This document shows positions 48,220 to 58,049 of a DNA stretch of 61,379 nt, in pieces. The notes below the pieces were generated by a model. That model did no database searches. It was not told the DNA's origin and was given only the letters and a program-made list of their open reading frames with translations. The translations under genes and the position numbers were made by a program. Each line of letters begins with the position of its first letter. The first letter of the stretch is position 1. The DNA is from a virus (Duplodnaviria; Caudoviricetes). The stretch is from positions 1 to 61,379 of the IMG/VR virus record IMGVR_UViG_3300036846_000573. One strand, written 5' to 3'.

Positions 48220-49869
48220 TTACTTAACTCCTTCCAGAGTGCGAAGACGTGCGTCGAGTTCTTGCATCGCTTTAACGAGGGCTGCGGTAATCGCCCCCTC
48301 ATTGATGCCTAGGGTTGGATCGGAACTTTCGATACCGCCAGTGCCGTCCGGTAACTCAACTCCTATCGCGACCACCGCTTCAGGCAGGATATCTTTAACG
48401 TCCTGAGCAATAAAACCGAGTTCAACGGAAGGCGATGGCCCAGAGGCTTGTGGCAAACGTCGAAACTTGACCGGCTTTAATTGTAAAATTGCGTCCAGCC
48501 CTTTAGTCGCTGGAACAATCGCGTCTTCCTGCTTAAACCGCCGATCGGATGTATTGACAAAACCTTGCCCGCCAACATAACCCGCACTGACGCAAAACGC
48601 ATCACTGGCACGCATTATCCAAATTGTTTGATTCGGTACAGTGTAACCCAAATTACCACTACTCGTGTCCCAAACCAAATAATACCCTCCTTGAAAATTA
48701 AAGATCTTGCCTAATCCGCCCTGATAATAAAATCCAAAAGAGCTATCATTGGAAGCGTAGACACCAGCAGCAGATTGAATAGGGCCGTTGTTGCTAACGA
48801 GGTTGCCTCCCGTAATAGCGCCGGTAGCAGAGATAGTGCTAGAAGCAGAAAGAGTAGATACCCCTATATTAGTGGCCGAGAAACTATTATTATCGTCAGC
48901 AATCTGGATATGCCCTAGTCGACTACGATCGACATAGACCTGTACGCGCCCATCCCACATATAGGCGATCTGATGTGCATTGCCGAAATACTCGATGCCG
49001 TTGCCGCCCGCATGTACTTGATTGTTAGAGAAATACCCATCACCGGAGGCGAAAAGAGAACCGCCAAAGCTGACATTGGCCGACGCGTCAACAGTTAGCA
49101 TATCGCCGTTAAGCCAGAGATGCGCCCCGCCGTTGTTCGCATACCAGAGCCAACTCTGGGCGGCAGTATTCTGGCGGTTGGTAAAACTGAAGCCGGCACC
49201 GGCGCCAAATGACTGAACGACATTGTTGACGGTCAGCGCGCCTATCGTGCCGCCGGATAAGGGTAGATACCCGGTTAGCGCGTTCTGTACGTAAGCCGTC
49301 GTCGCAAGCGACGTATCGTTGGAACTCGGCGGCGGTGTTATAACAGTAATCGTCGATTGGTCGATCTTATATGTATTGTTGACTATATCGACCGCTGCGA
49401 TCTTAACCCATTCACTCGCGACGTATCCGTTAGACGCCACCGGCACCGTGCACATGCGCAGCGTTGCCGGGCTCGTACTCGTGTCAATCCACTCTGCGTA
49501 CTGACGCGCGTTACCGCCATTGCCGACCGGCGGCAGAGATCCTGAGTTTAGCTGGAAGGCGTGATTGAGACCGTCATGAACGAGGCGGTCATTCAACGCA
49601 AAGGGGTACGCCGCTGGCGGTGTCGGCACCGCAGCCAGAGGCTCTGTACTGATCGTCGCCGCAACCTCGGTGTGCGGTGCCGGCACGCCGATCGGACGCA
49701 CAGTCAGCGTAATGTCGTTATAGCCAAGAAACGTAAAGCGAGTGTTGGTCTGTAAAAAAGTAGCTGTGATAACGTAAGTAACCCCAACCTCAAGACTGGT
49801 AAAATCTGCGATATGCGCAATCTGGTTGGCCGGCTCCAGAGTTATCTGAGTATTTAAGACAACAGCCAT
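48220..49869 (-). CDS. Tail fibre with S74 chaperone
   Basis: LATTAYV, SDRRFK...GFIAQDV...LVKAMQEL. Confidence 0.85.
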   Translation of the reverse strand: MAVVLNTQITLEPANQIAHIADFTSLEVGVTYVITATFLQTNTRFTFLGYNDITLTVRPIGVPAPHTEVAATISTEPLAAVPTPPAAYPFALNDRLVHDGLNHAFQLNSGSLPPVGNGGNARQYAEWIDTSTSPATLRMCTVPVASNGYVASEWVKIAAVDIVNNTYKIDQSTITVITPPPSSNDTSLATTAYVQNALTGYLPLSGGTIGALTVNNVVQSFGAGAGFSFTNRQNTAAQSWLWYANNGGAHLWLNGDMLTVDASANVSFGGSLFASGDGYFSNNQVHAGGNGIEYFGNAHQIAYMWDGRVQVYVDRSRLGHIQIADDNNSFSATNIGVSTLSASSTISATGAITGGNLVSNNGPIQSAAGVYASNDSSFGFYYQGGLGKIFNFQGGYYLVWDTSSGNLGYTVPNQTIWIMRASDAFCVSAGYVGGQGFVNTSDRRFKQEDAIVPATKGLDAILQLKPVKFRRLPQASGPSPSVELGFIAQDVKDILPEAVVAIGVELPDGTGGIESSDPTLGINEGAITAALVKAMQELDARLRTLEGVK

Positions 49870-49873
49870 CGCT

Positions 49874-50680
49874 TTATCCTAGGAAATCAAAGCGGGTTGC
49901 CATCAAGTGCCAGTTAGCACCGGTCCACTTCCACCGCAGGCAATCGTAGTTGATCGAGCTAACGAAAACCAACCGCCCATCGCCGTCTATCGGCACATCC
50001 CCGTCACCGCGAAACGTCACTGGATAAGTTCCGTCCGTGCCATAGGCGTCGATAAACTCGACCATCTGGCCGAGTATCGGATTGGGTGGCAATGTTATGA
50101 CGATATTCGACGTCGTAGCATTTTGCAGGATCACGACCCCGTCGAACCCCATCGGCAATGCCGTTGAATCACTGATAATAACCGGCGGCACGACGTCGGG
50201 ATTGAGATCGCCCGGCCCAATCATCATGGGGTTCAGCGGCTGGTCGATCCATATCAGCGTATCGACCTGTTTGCGCCGCAGCGTCGTGCCGCCGACCGTG
50301 ACAAAACCAAGAACATAGGTCAGACCGGGCGTACCGGCATTGACTTTTACCTGGATGGATTTACCCGCATCGGCAATCGCCTCGGAAACCACCTTTAGCG
50401 GGTATGTATCTGGCGGTATTTCAGTCGCTGCCGGTGGAGGACAGTCTGGACGGTAGTCGGTTCGCCAGTTCTGATTGACCGGCGTTGTCGATGGTGCGAC
50501 AGCAATAGTCGGAAACTGAACCTCCTGCACAACCTCGTCGGTTTCCAGATAACAACTAAAATCATAGGTCATACGGATGACGTCGAGATTTTCCTTCCCG
50601 ATCGGGCCATACGGTGTGAGATCGTCCGGAAAAACAGTAAACCGGTAATCTTTATTGACAATGGTAGCGCTACCGTCCAC
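49874..50680 (-). CDS. Virion structural protein (fibre adaptor-like)
   Basis: ITLPPNP..G..VEFIDAYG motif; GTG 50680 start preferred over 50737. Confidence 0.6.
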   Translation of the reverse strand: MDGSATIVNKDYRFTVFPDDLTPYGPIGKENLDVIRMTYDFSCYLETDEVVQEVQFPTIAVAPSTTPVNQNWRTDYRPDCPPPAATEIPPDTYPLKVVSEAIADAGKSIQVKVNAGTPGLTYVLGFVTVGGTTLRRKQVDTLIWIDQPLNPMMIGPGDLNPDVVPPVIISDSTALPMGFDGVVILQNATTSNIVITLPPNPILGQMVEFIDAYGTDGTYPVTFRGDGDVPIDGDGRLVFVSSINYDCLRWKWTGANWHLMATRFDFLG

Positions 50681-51296
50681 TGGCGTGTCCCCCCATGGCA
50701 AAATAAGGAAACTGCCAGCTAGACCCCTCGCGGACATGCCCGGCCTGCGCCTCGGCCCGCGCCGAGGCTACGCCACGGCGATACTGCGCCGCGCACAATG
50801 CCATCGCCTTGACGTCGCTCCACGGCTTACCCGGCTGGTAAAACAGCCGTTCCATCGCGCCGTTAAGCAATGTCTCGAAATGGTTTGTCCACACATCGTA
50901 GGGCAGCAGCGTGTTGAGGTTGTTTGGCTTTAATGCCAACAGCGCCTCGCCCTCGCGCAGAGTCTCCGGACATGGGCAGGTCAGGTCGAAGACCTGACCG
51001 GGTGGCACAAACTTGACGTTGCTCAACCCCCTAAACCCCAAAAACCGGCAAACCCGCCAGTCCTTGTCGTAGGGGTCGAACTGCAGCGTATATTCGAGGG
51101 GGTTAAGCTGCCAGTAGACATGCTCCCGGCGGTAGGTCGAGCGCTGGTAGAAATCCTCGATCGTGTTCCAGATAACCAGCGACACGACGTCGGTCGTCAC
51201 GCCGGGAATGAGCGCTTGAAGATTATCAAATAACCGCGTGATATCGGTCGCGGTCTGAAAATAGGTATCTGGCCGGATGCAGGTATTGTCGCTCAT
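50670..51296 (-). CDS. Head-tail adaptor / tail tubular A-like protein
   Basis: LLNGAMERLFYQPGKPWSD; position. Confidence 0.65.
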   Translation of the reverse strand: MSDNTCIRPDTYFQTATDITRLFDNLQALIPGVTTDVVSLVIWNTIEDFYQRSTYRREHVYWQLNPLEYTLQFDPYDKDWRVCRFLGFRGLSNVKFVPPGQVFDLTCPCPETLREGEALLALKPNNLNTLLPYDVWTNHFETLLNGAMERLFYQPGKPWSDVKAMALCAAQYRRGVASARAEAQAGHVREGSSWQFPYFAMGGHASGR

Positions 51297-51658
51297 GACG
51301 CCACCCGCAATAATTGCGCGACAAACTTGTTAAGCATCGCCACGGCGCGCCCATCATCCGAGTAGGTATCCTCGGTCAACTCCGAACGCCCGACCACGTA
51401 GTTCAGCAAAGGCGCATAAAATATATCGTCAAACGGCAACAACGTAGCCTCGTCGCCGGGAAAGCTGTAGACCGGCACCGACTTGCGTAAACCAAATCTC
51501 AGAAATGCATCCGGACGCTTGGTGCGGATCTGCGCCACGCCGTCGTTGACCGCCGTGACGAGGTCGTCGTCGGGGAACCGGGGCGCCCCGGTTATCGGCG
51601 TCTCGTCGTTGAGGATCTGACGCGCTTCCGTCACAAGATATCCGACGGTTCTCGACAT
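51293..51658 (-). CDS. Head-tail adaptor protein
   Basis: ARQILND....RF.DDDL...NDG......RPD. Confidence 0.65.
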   Translation of the reverse strand: MSRTVGYLVTEARQILNDETPITGAPRFPDDDLVTAVNDGVAQIRTKRPDAFLRFGLRKSVPVYSFPGDEATLLPFDDIFYAPLLNYVVGRSELTEDTYSDDGRAVAMLNKFVAQLLRVAS

Positions 51659-51688
51659 CTAGTCCGTACCTCGTTTACATTGCGTGTC

Positions 51689-51723
51689 GCCGTGTTTTCG
51701 GAGCGAACCGCACCGCGTGAGCT
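51689..51723 (+). ncRNA. Candidate solitary TIGR-like guide unit, antisense to the late operon
   Basis: GCCG-tgttttcg-GAGCGAACCG-caccgcgt-GAGC; TCGACA-18-TACATT upstream; hairpin downstream. Confidence 0.6.
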
Positions 51724-51736
51724 ATCGACCACTATG

Positions 51737-51776
51737 AGGCGGCGGGGTGGCCGCTCGGAATATTTCCCCGCCGCCT
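51737..51776. terminator. Hairpin downstream of the major capsid gene
   Basis: AGGCGGCGGGG...CCCCGCCGCCT. Confidence 0.6.
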
Positions 51777-51790
51777 GTGGTGGTAGCCCG

Positions 51791-52744
51791 TTACACCGGT
51801 GCCGCGTACAGCGCTGTCAGCGACGTCCCGTCCAGGACTTTGTATCCGTAGACCTGCAGCCCGCGCAGCAGCGTGCCGAACGTCGACTCGCTTCGCAGCG
51901 TCTCCATCTCGGAGATCTGCGACGCGAATGTCAGGCCGTTCATCGACCCGGCAAAAATATACGTCACGGTGTGGGTCGTGTCGGTAGCCGTCGGCAGCAG
52001 ATTGCTCGAATACAAGGTAAACCGGTCGATCATGCCGAGGCGCCCATTTCTCACAAGAGAAATGCCGTCACCAGAAATGGAAGCATTTCTGAGGTCGGAC
52101 TTCTTGATCATGCTGCCGATCCAGGGCGGGATGACAAGCCAACGTCCCGTCTCGGGGATGTTCTGCTCGTCGAGCACTTGGCCCATGTTGACGATATGAT
52201 CGAGGATCGTCGTCGGTGTCGGGATGACCGGCGCGCCGGTAGCGCCTAGATTGATATTTCCCGACTTGACCCCGGCAGCGACGCCTTTGTTGGCAGCGGC
52301 GATACCCGCATAGATGCCGGCAAGCACACCGGTGTCGATCGTGATCTTCAACTGCTCCGATGCGTCGTCCGCCCACATGGAAAGCAGGTTCATGTCGCTC
52401 TGCCGCTCCATGATATCGTCAAGCACCAAGTTGAAATACTTGGCATAGTCGATCGTCAGTTCGACCGGGGTCGATGACGGGCGATCGACAGTCAGCACTT
52501 GATCGATTTGATAGTCGCGGATCGTGATCGTCGGCTTGGTGCGGATCTTGACCTTGTCGCCAAACGACTTGATCTCGCCTTCGTAGTCGGTGTTGGCGAT
52601 AGCGGCCAATACCGTCGCGGCGTAGAACTTCTCGATCAGTTTGCCCGACCAGATTTCGGGAATGAATACGCCACCAGCCGGTGCCCCAGAATAGGCAGGA
52701 TTGGCGGCTGCCCCCAGATATGGGGTTCCTTGCGTGACAGCCAT
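51791..52744 (-). CDS. Major capsid protein (P22 coat/N4-gp56-like)
   Basis: FIPEIWSGKL, NTDYEGEI..FGDKVKI, RGLQVYGYKV. Confidence 0.92.
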   Translation of the reverse strand: MAVTQGTPYLGAAANPAYSGAPAGGVFIPEIWSGKLIEKFYAATVLAAIANTDYEGEIKSFGDKVKIRTKPTITIRDYQIDQVLTVDRPSSTPVELTIDYAKYFNLVLDDIMERQSDMNLLSMWADDASEQLKITIDTGVLAGIYAGIAAANKGVAAGVKSGNINLGATGAPVIPTPTTILDHIVNMGQVLDEQNIPETGRWLVIPPWIGSMIKKSDLRNASISGDGISLVRNGRLGMIDRFTLYSSNLLPTATDTTHTVTYIFAGSMNGLTFASQISEMETLRSESTFGTLLRGLQVYGYKVLDGTSLTALYAAPV

Positions 52745-52774
52745 TTTGTCGCCTCCAAAAACCCCGTAGGGTTG

Positions 52775-53902
52775 TTACTGGATGCGCCCTTCTCGTGCTG
52801 CCGCGATGATGTCCGCTTCGAGCCGGTTGGACTCCTCCTCACGGCCCCGATAGCGCCCAGTCGTGCGGTCACGATAAAAGGCGGTGATTTCGGGTCTCGA
52901 CCAGATGCGAGTCTGAGGAGCGCCGTTGCTTCCCTGGGACCGGCCAGCGGCACGGCCCGGAGACGCGAAATCCTCCAGTTGAGCCATACCCGTCGTCGCG
53001 GCGTGTCCGTTGCCAGACCCGTTCCTCGGGGGCTGGTAAGCGGGCGCAGCGGCGGTGTGGGTGCTCTGTGGGGGCGGGGGGACGGTATGCTCAGCCATAT
53101 ACCGCTTAAAGAACCTACCCGTACGTATGGCATCGCCGTTCGCGTAGGCGTGTTGGAGCATGTCGTTGCGCGACAGCCCCGACATTTCGTCGATCTGTGA
53201 CAACCAGAGCGAAAATTCGCGGCTGGTATTGAGCGGGCGCCAGCGCCCGGCCAATTCGGGGTCCTGGTCCAGCGCGTCGAACACGCGGTCCTGAAGCTGC
53301 TGGCCGGCAAGGTTGTTCTGGCCGCCTTCGAGGCGGGCGAGCTTTGCTTCGAGCGCGTCGATGTAAGGCCGCGAGCGCGCCTCGGCGGTGCGCGCCATCG
53401 CCTGCAGGAGATCCTCGCCGTAGAGGTCCTTGTCTTCCTGGGAGAACTCCAAAGGCGGCGGCGCGATGCGCGGCTGCGGCTGCGGCGCTGGCGCCTGCAG
53501 TGTCGAGAGCAACCGTTCGAGACTGGTGACCTGCGACCGCAGCCCGGCGATCTCGCTGTCGTATTTACCCTGCAACGTGCGATAGCGCTGCTCCCACTCG
53601 TTGAAGCCGCGCGCCGCCTGTTCCTCAGGCGTCGGTGGCTCCGGGCGCGGCTCGGGTGGCGGCTGTGGGTGTGGCTCTGGGCGGGGTTCCGGCCGTTGAT
53701 CTGGTCGGGGGGTCGGCAGCGGCTCCGGTGGCTCGGGGGTCTCCGACGGCGCCTCGCTCGCAGCATTTTGCTGCGCCATAAGCTCGTCGGCGCGCCGCGC
53801 CGCGCGCCGCACCGCCTCCGGCACAAAGACCGGCGGTGGCGTATAAGGCTGCTCACTACCGGTAGTGCCGGTAGTGGAAGCATTTGGCGCAGCGTCAGAC
53901 AT
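52775..53902 (-). CDS. Scaffolding protein
   Basis: WEQRYRTLQGKYDSEI coiled coil; IIAAAREGRI terminus; upstream of the capsid gene. Confidence 0.75.
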   Translation of the reverse strand: MSDAAPNASTTGTTGSEQPYTPPPVFVPEAVRRAARRADELMAQQNAASEAPSETPEPPEPLPTPRPDQRPEPRPEPHPQPPPEPRPEPPTPEEQAARGFNEWEQRYRTLQGKYDSEIAGLRSQVTSLERLLSTLQAPAPQPQPRIAPPPLEFSQEDKDLYGEDLLQAMARTAEARSRPYIDALEAKLARLEGGQNNLAGQQLQDRVFDALDQDPELAGRWRPLNTSREFSLWLSQIDEMSGLSRNDMLQHAYANGDAIRTGRFFKRYMAEHTVPPPPQSTHTAAAPAYQPPRNGSGNGHAATTGMAQLEDFASPGRAAGRSQGSNGAPQTRIWSRPEITAFYRDRTTGRYRGREEESNRLEADIIAAAREGRIQ

Positions 53903-54167
53903 TTTCCTTCTCTCTCATGCGGACTTGCGGACGCGGCATGTGACCGGGCTTTGCCAATTCCATCTGCGCGATTGTCGCCACGACATCGCGCAAGGCGCGG
54001 GCGTAACCCGTCGCGTCCTGACGGTTCTCGACGGGGCACTCGATGGCAGTGTGCATCATCGCCGACATCTGCCCCTGCAGCGCGTCGGTAAAAGCCCGCC
54101 AGTCGTTGTTGTTGCGCAGCGACTGCACGGCTTCAAAAGCTTGCGGGCCAAGGTTAAGAGCCACCAC
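53895..54167 (-). CDS. Hypothetical protein
   Basis: Between portal and scaffold. Confidence 0.65.
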   Translation of the reverse strand: MVALNLGPQAFEAVQSLRNNNDWRAFTDALQGQMSAMMHTAIECPVENRQDATGYARALRDVVATIAQMELAKPGHMPRPQVRMREKENV

Positions 54168-54504
54168 TCCCCCCGATCAGCCCGGGCAAGCCGCCTTTGC
54201 CGTAGTGCCCCAAGCTGTGCGCGGTCTGGTCGCCGCCGGTGATCTGCGACAGGCCGGCGCCGCGCCGCCCGACGACACTGCCCATCTCTTGGCGACGAAT
54301 GCCCTTGCCGACACTGGCCGGCTCGGCGTCCATGCCCATCCCCATCCCCTGCGCCGGCAGATAGCTTGCCCGGCTCGGCGCCTTCTGAATACTCGTGGGC
54401 AGCCCGGGGGTAATCAGGCGCTGCCGTGGCGTCATGCCGACCGGAGTGGTGTCGACGCGCGGCGCCGCGAAGGACGACCGGGTCGTAGTCCCGCTTCTCG
54501 CCAT
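54154..54504 (-). CDS. Hypothetical protein
   Basis: Packed ORF. Confidence 0.6.
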   Translation of the reverse strand: MARSGTTTRSSFAAPRVDTTPVGMTPRQRLITPGLPTSIQKAPSRASYLPAQGMGMGMDAEPASVGKGIRRQEMGSVVGRRGAGLSQITGGDQTAHSLGHYGKGGLPGLIGGSGGS

Positions 54505-54506
54505 GG

Positions 54507-54719
54507 TCAGATCCCGCCAACGTATTTTGACGTCGCCGAGACTTTCTGCGGGTTGAACGGCGCGTTGTCGGTGGTTCCCGGCAATGAATTACTCTTGGGA
54601 TAAGAGCGCGAACTGCCGCCCCGACTGTCCGCCGAGGCGCCGCCGCCGGTCATTGGCATGGTCTTGACCGGAGTGATGCTCTTGGAGGTCTCGCCGTTGA
54701 CGCCGGAATAAACAGCCAT
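54507..54719 (-). CDS. Hypothetical protein
   Basis: GGAG RBS. Confidence 0.6.
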   Translation of the reverse strand: MAVYSGVNGETSKSITPVKTMPMTGGGASADSRGGSSRSYPKSNSLPGTTDNAPFNPQKVSATSKYVGGI

Positions 54720-54730
54720 GGTGTTTTCTC

Positions 54731-56929
54731 CTAGTAAGTTCGGGGGCTGACGGTGTTGACCGGCGGCGCCATTGTCGCCAGCGACGGCGCCACCGGCGTC
54801 GGTGCTTGGTTGCCCTGCGCCTGCGCCGCAGGCGAGGCGGGACCACCCGGCGCAGCGACAGCAGGCGCTGCACCGGGGGCCGCCGACGGCCCGCCGGGCG
54901 GTGACGCACCCGGTGCCCCAGCCTGCTTCATCATCGCCATCTGCTGCATCGCGGCAGCCTGCTGCTTGTCCTCGGCATCTAACTTTTGCAAGTCGTCGTC
55001 GCTCGGCACGACGTCCTCGTCTTTAATTAAGTCCGTGGCGATAGACCTTAAGACTTTGCCCCGGCCGATCTTGCCGATAATACTAAAATCCATCGGGTTA
55101 GCAGTGATCTGCAAGAACTGTAGCTGTTTCTGGTGCTCGGTGTCTTTCTGAATGGCAACCGTCACGCCGTTGACCTGGATCTGCTCTTCCCCGGACAGTA
55201 ATCCGGACTGGTCTGTCAGCATGATCATATCGTAGAGCGCGCTCAGCAATCCCCTGATAACGTCAATATCGATGTTGGCCGCCACGGTCTGAAGTACTTT
55301 CTGGGCGTTGCCCATCAACATACTCAGCCCGGAGGCTGTCCGGCCGGCACCCCCCGACAGACTCTCGCCTGTAACATATCGCGGGATCGCGCTGACGTCA
55401 TCTGATAAGTTGTTAATGGCTTGGTAGATCGCGATTAACTCTTGGGCGTTGGACTGCGGCTGAAAAAAACTCACCGGGTCACGGTTGGACCCCAGGGGGT
55501 CCGACATGACTTTCCAGCGTTTCCAGGGATATAACTGGTCTTCATTGACTGTGGGATCTAATAGCTCGGTATTTATAACAACTTGCGGCCCGGACGCGAT
55601 GGATAGATTATTAACCAATGCCCGCAGCGTGGCATTCGAGACTTCTTGTAAATCTTCTAAAATATCAGGTAACCCGTGCCCGGCTATCGTTCCCGGCACC
55701 TTCTCGAAACTGGTAATATAATACGGATGACGCTGCCGAGGGCTCGGAGAGAGTTGAGTTTTGATAGTATGCCGACCAACAATCCAAGTTTGTACCAAGT
55801 AATCTTTGTCCGGATCAGGTACCTGCCGCGCATCGACGCCATTATCTAAAAGGACCTTGCCCTGGATATTACCATGGTACTCGATAGCATCTATTTTTTG
55901 GGATTGATTCTGCTGAGGAGACTCACGACCGGCGTTGAGGGCTGACTCGGTGTCGGGGGAGTCCATCCAGTCCCGTAATCCCCGTTGGTAATCCTCCAGA
56001 GCACCACGAATAGCGTCATCGTTATATCCCGGGAGTCCCAAGACATCGTTCAGATCCCCCCGGGTTAGTCTTTTGCGTTCGATTAGCTCGGCATGCTCGA
56101 CATCGGTCGCGCCGGGGTCCCAGTAAAGGTTAAAAGGATCGACTCTTTCCCAGAAAAGCTGTGGGACGACCTGGACCGAGGGTTGCTTTTGTATCCAGGT
56201 CAGCTTTGGAACCATTCTAACGACGGGACCCTTGATGCACGCGAACGGATATAGACTTATATCCATCAGAAATTCGGCCAGCGCGTCGTAGAACCCGCCA
56301 GCCTCCAGGATATCGTCCATCTTGTCGGACGCGGCCTCGGCCTGCTGGATAGCCACCCTCTCGGCGCGCTGCTGCGCCTGCCTGACGAGTTCCACGTAGG
56401 TCTGGCGGGCCTGCTCCATCGGCGGCATCGGCATGCCGGCCTGCTGCATCTGCGCGGCGGTCGAGGCCATCAACGTGGTTATCGACGTCATGACTTCCGG
56501 CGGCACCGGCGGGTCCGCCTGCGGATCTAGGCTCCACGGCCGCTCGACCCCTAAATAAACACTACGCAGCAACGACGTCGCGCCGCGACACTTCACGGCA
56601 ACCGTGCGGGCGTAAACCTCGCTGCCGCCGAATTTGCGGATCTCGACCAGTTTCTCCGGCTCGTACTGGCCCTCGAACATGCGTTGCGCCCGGAGTAGTC
56701 TCATATTTAGAGGATTATGCCCGGTGTTCCTGTGGTTGCGCATGGCGTCCCACCGCCCGCGCACGAAATGGGCGAGGTCGTAATTGACCGGCGGACGATT
56801 GACGGCCGAGCGTTGGGCGAGGTCCGCCGCATCCCGGGCGTTTAGGTCTGCGGGGCTGACGACGCGTAAAAACCCCGGCGCCATCTCGGTATTGCGCTGC
56901 GGTCCCGGGATGGGCAGAGCCGGCGGCAA
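54731..56929 (-). CDS. Portal protein
   Basis: GRTASGLSMLMGNA, LRALVNNLSIASGPQ; size and position. Confidence 0.88.
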   Translation of the reverse strand: MPPALPIPGPQRNTEMAPGFLRVVSPADLNARDAADLAQRSAVNRPPVNYDLAHFVRGRWDAMRNHRNTGHNPLNMRLLRAQRMFEGQYEPEKLVEIRKFGGSEVYARTVAVKCRGATSLLRSVYLGVERPWSLDPQADPPVPPEVMTSITTLMASTAAQMQQAGMPMPPMEQARQTYVELVRQAQQRAERVAIQQAEAASDKMDDILEAGGFYDALAEFLMDISLYPFACIKGPVVRMVPKLTWIQKQPSVQVVPQLFWERVDPFNLYWDPGATDVEHAELIERKRLTRGDLNDVLGLPGYNDDAIRGALEDYQRGLRDWMDSPDTESALNAGRESPQQNQSQKIDAIEYHGNIQGKVLLDNGVDARQVPDPDKDYLVQTWIVGRHTIKTQLSPSPRQRHPYYITSFEKVPGTIAGHGLPDILEDLQEVSNATLRALVNNLSIASGPQVVINTELLDPTVNEDQLYPWKRWKVMSDPLGSNRDPVSFFQPQSNAQELIAIYQAINNLSDDVSAIPRYVTGESLSGGAGRTASGLSMLMGNAQKVLQTVAANIDIDVIRGLLSALYDMIMLTDQSGLLSGEEQIQVNGVTVAIQKDTEHQKQLQFLQITANPMDFSIIGKIGRGKVLRSIATDLIKDEDVVPSDDDLQKLDAEDKQQAAAMQQMAMMKQAGAPGASPPGGPSAAPGAAPAVAAPGGPASPAAQAQGNQAPTPVAPSLATMAPPVNTVSPRTY

Positions 56930-57016
56930 ATCTCAGATCCCCCCGAGTTTGTAACTGTGTTAAAGATATATTAATCCGACTAATAGACAGACGCAAGCAG
57001 CCAGGACCCTACCCCT

Positions 57017-57634
57017 ATGATCAACCTGCCCGAGCCGCCGACAAGCCCGGAAGATCTTATTATCGACAACGTCGTCGATCAGGTATTAGTCTTAGACAGT
57101 AACCCACAAATAGACGATGCGTTGATCCAGCGTCTTAAATATGACCTTGCCACTAAGACTCATAACTATGAAGTCATAGCTAAAAGATATGGGTTAAGCG
57201 GCGTCCCGGAATTATTTGAGTATTTAAGATCTCATCCGGCGGTCACTGAAGACGCTAAAAAATTACGGGCATTGTTTCAGTCCGACGAGAGTATCGAAGC
57301 CAGGGTGCGGATGAGGTTTTTAGTCGCGACCGAAAGCCTGATTGCGCCGATGCACAATCTAGTGGCCGACCCAAACACCCCGACCAATGCGCGCATCGAC
57401 GGATTTAAACAAATTCAGCGGGGCGCCGGGGTCGACGGCGTTCCCGCTGCGTCGCGTGGCGAAGGGGGTTCCCCCGGAGGGGGAACCCCCTTCGTTTTGA
57501 ATATAAATTTTAAGAACGGAGAGAGAACGACGATCAGCGGCACGACCGTGGTGGATGCCAATGAAATTCCTGGGCCGGACGATCAGGCTACTTTACCGGG
57601 GTTGGAAGAAGCGGAGTACGACGAGGATGTCTGA
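57017..57634 (+). CDS. Putative terminase small subunit
   Basis: HTH-like YEVIAKRYGL; FVLNINF tail; upstream of TerL. Confidence 0.55.
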   Translation: MINLPEPPTSPEDLIIDNVVDQVLVLDSNPQIDDALIQRLKYDLATKTHNYEVIAKRYGLSGVPELFEYLRSHPAVTEDAKKLRALFQSDESIEARVRMRFLVATESLIAPMHNLVADPNTPTNARIDGFKQIQRGAGVDGVPAASRGEGGSPGGGTPFVLNINFKNGERTTISGTTVVDANEIPGPDDQATLPGLEEAEYDEDV

Positions 57635-58040
57635 CGAACCTAATGGTTGTGTCCACGTTTTTGCGCCGGAAGATTTCAACCTGACGACGGCGTGGGACGC
57701 CTTCGCCGGCGACATGGAGCGCCACGGCACCCCCGAGGCGCGCGTCACGCCGTCTTTCCGCAAGGCGTTCAAGACCGGCGCCGAGATCATGGTCGTGCAC
57801 GGGCTGACACATGGTTACCAGGAGTTGATCCGGATGCACCACGACCAGGACCACGCGTACCGCGTCCTGGCAGCGACGGCAGCCTTGCAGCACACCAAGC
57901 ATCCCGACTGGGGCGACCTGCACGACCATGCATATATCGCCGGCGGGTTTGCGATACTGGCGATGATCTTTGTCGGCGGGCGCACACCCGACCGGGTGTG
58001 CGAGGATATTTCAGAGTTTGTTGTTCCTACTTTGAATTAG
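57627..58040 (+). CDS. Hypothetical protein
   Basis: ATG 57627 overlapping the previous gene. Confidence 0.6.
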   Translation: MSDEPNGCVHVFAPEDFNLTTAWDAFAGDMERHGTPEARVTPSFRKAFKTGAEIMVVHGLTHGYQELIRMHHDQDHAYRVLAATAALQHTKHPDWGDLHDHAYIAGGFAILAMIFVGGRTPDRVCEDISEFVVPTLN

Positions 58041-58049
58041 GTTTTACTT

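Noticed and set aside
52616-52631. Array 1 guide tacgtcgt/aaagttct against the capsid gene
   Set aside because: Only 12/16 match; could reflect a relative's capsid gene but is not supportable here
52636-54039. 467-aa alternative-frame ORF, and similar long antisense ORFs such as 32449-33732
   Set aside because: GC-rich shadows of the scaffold and virion genes
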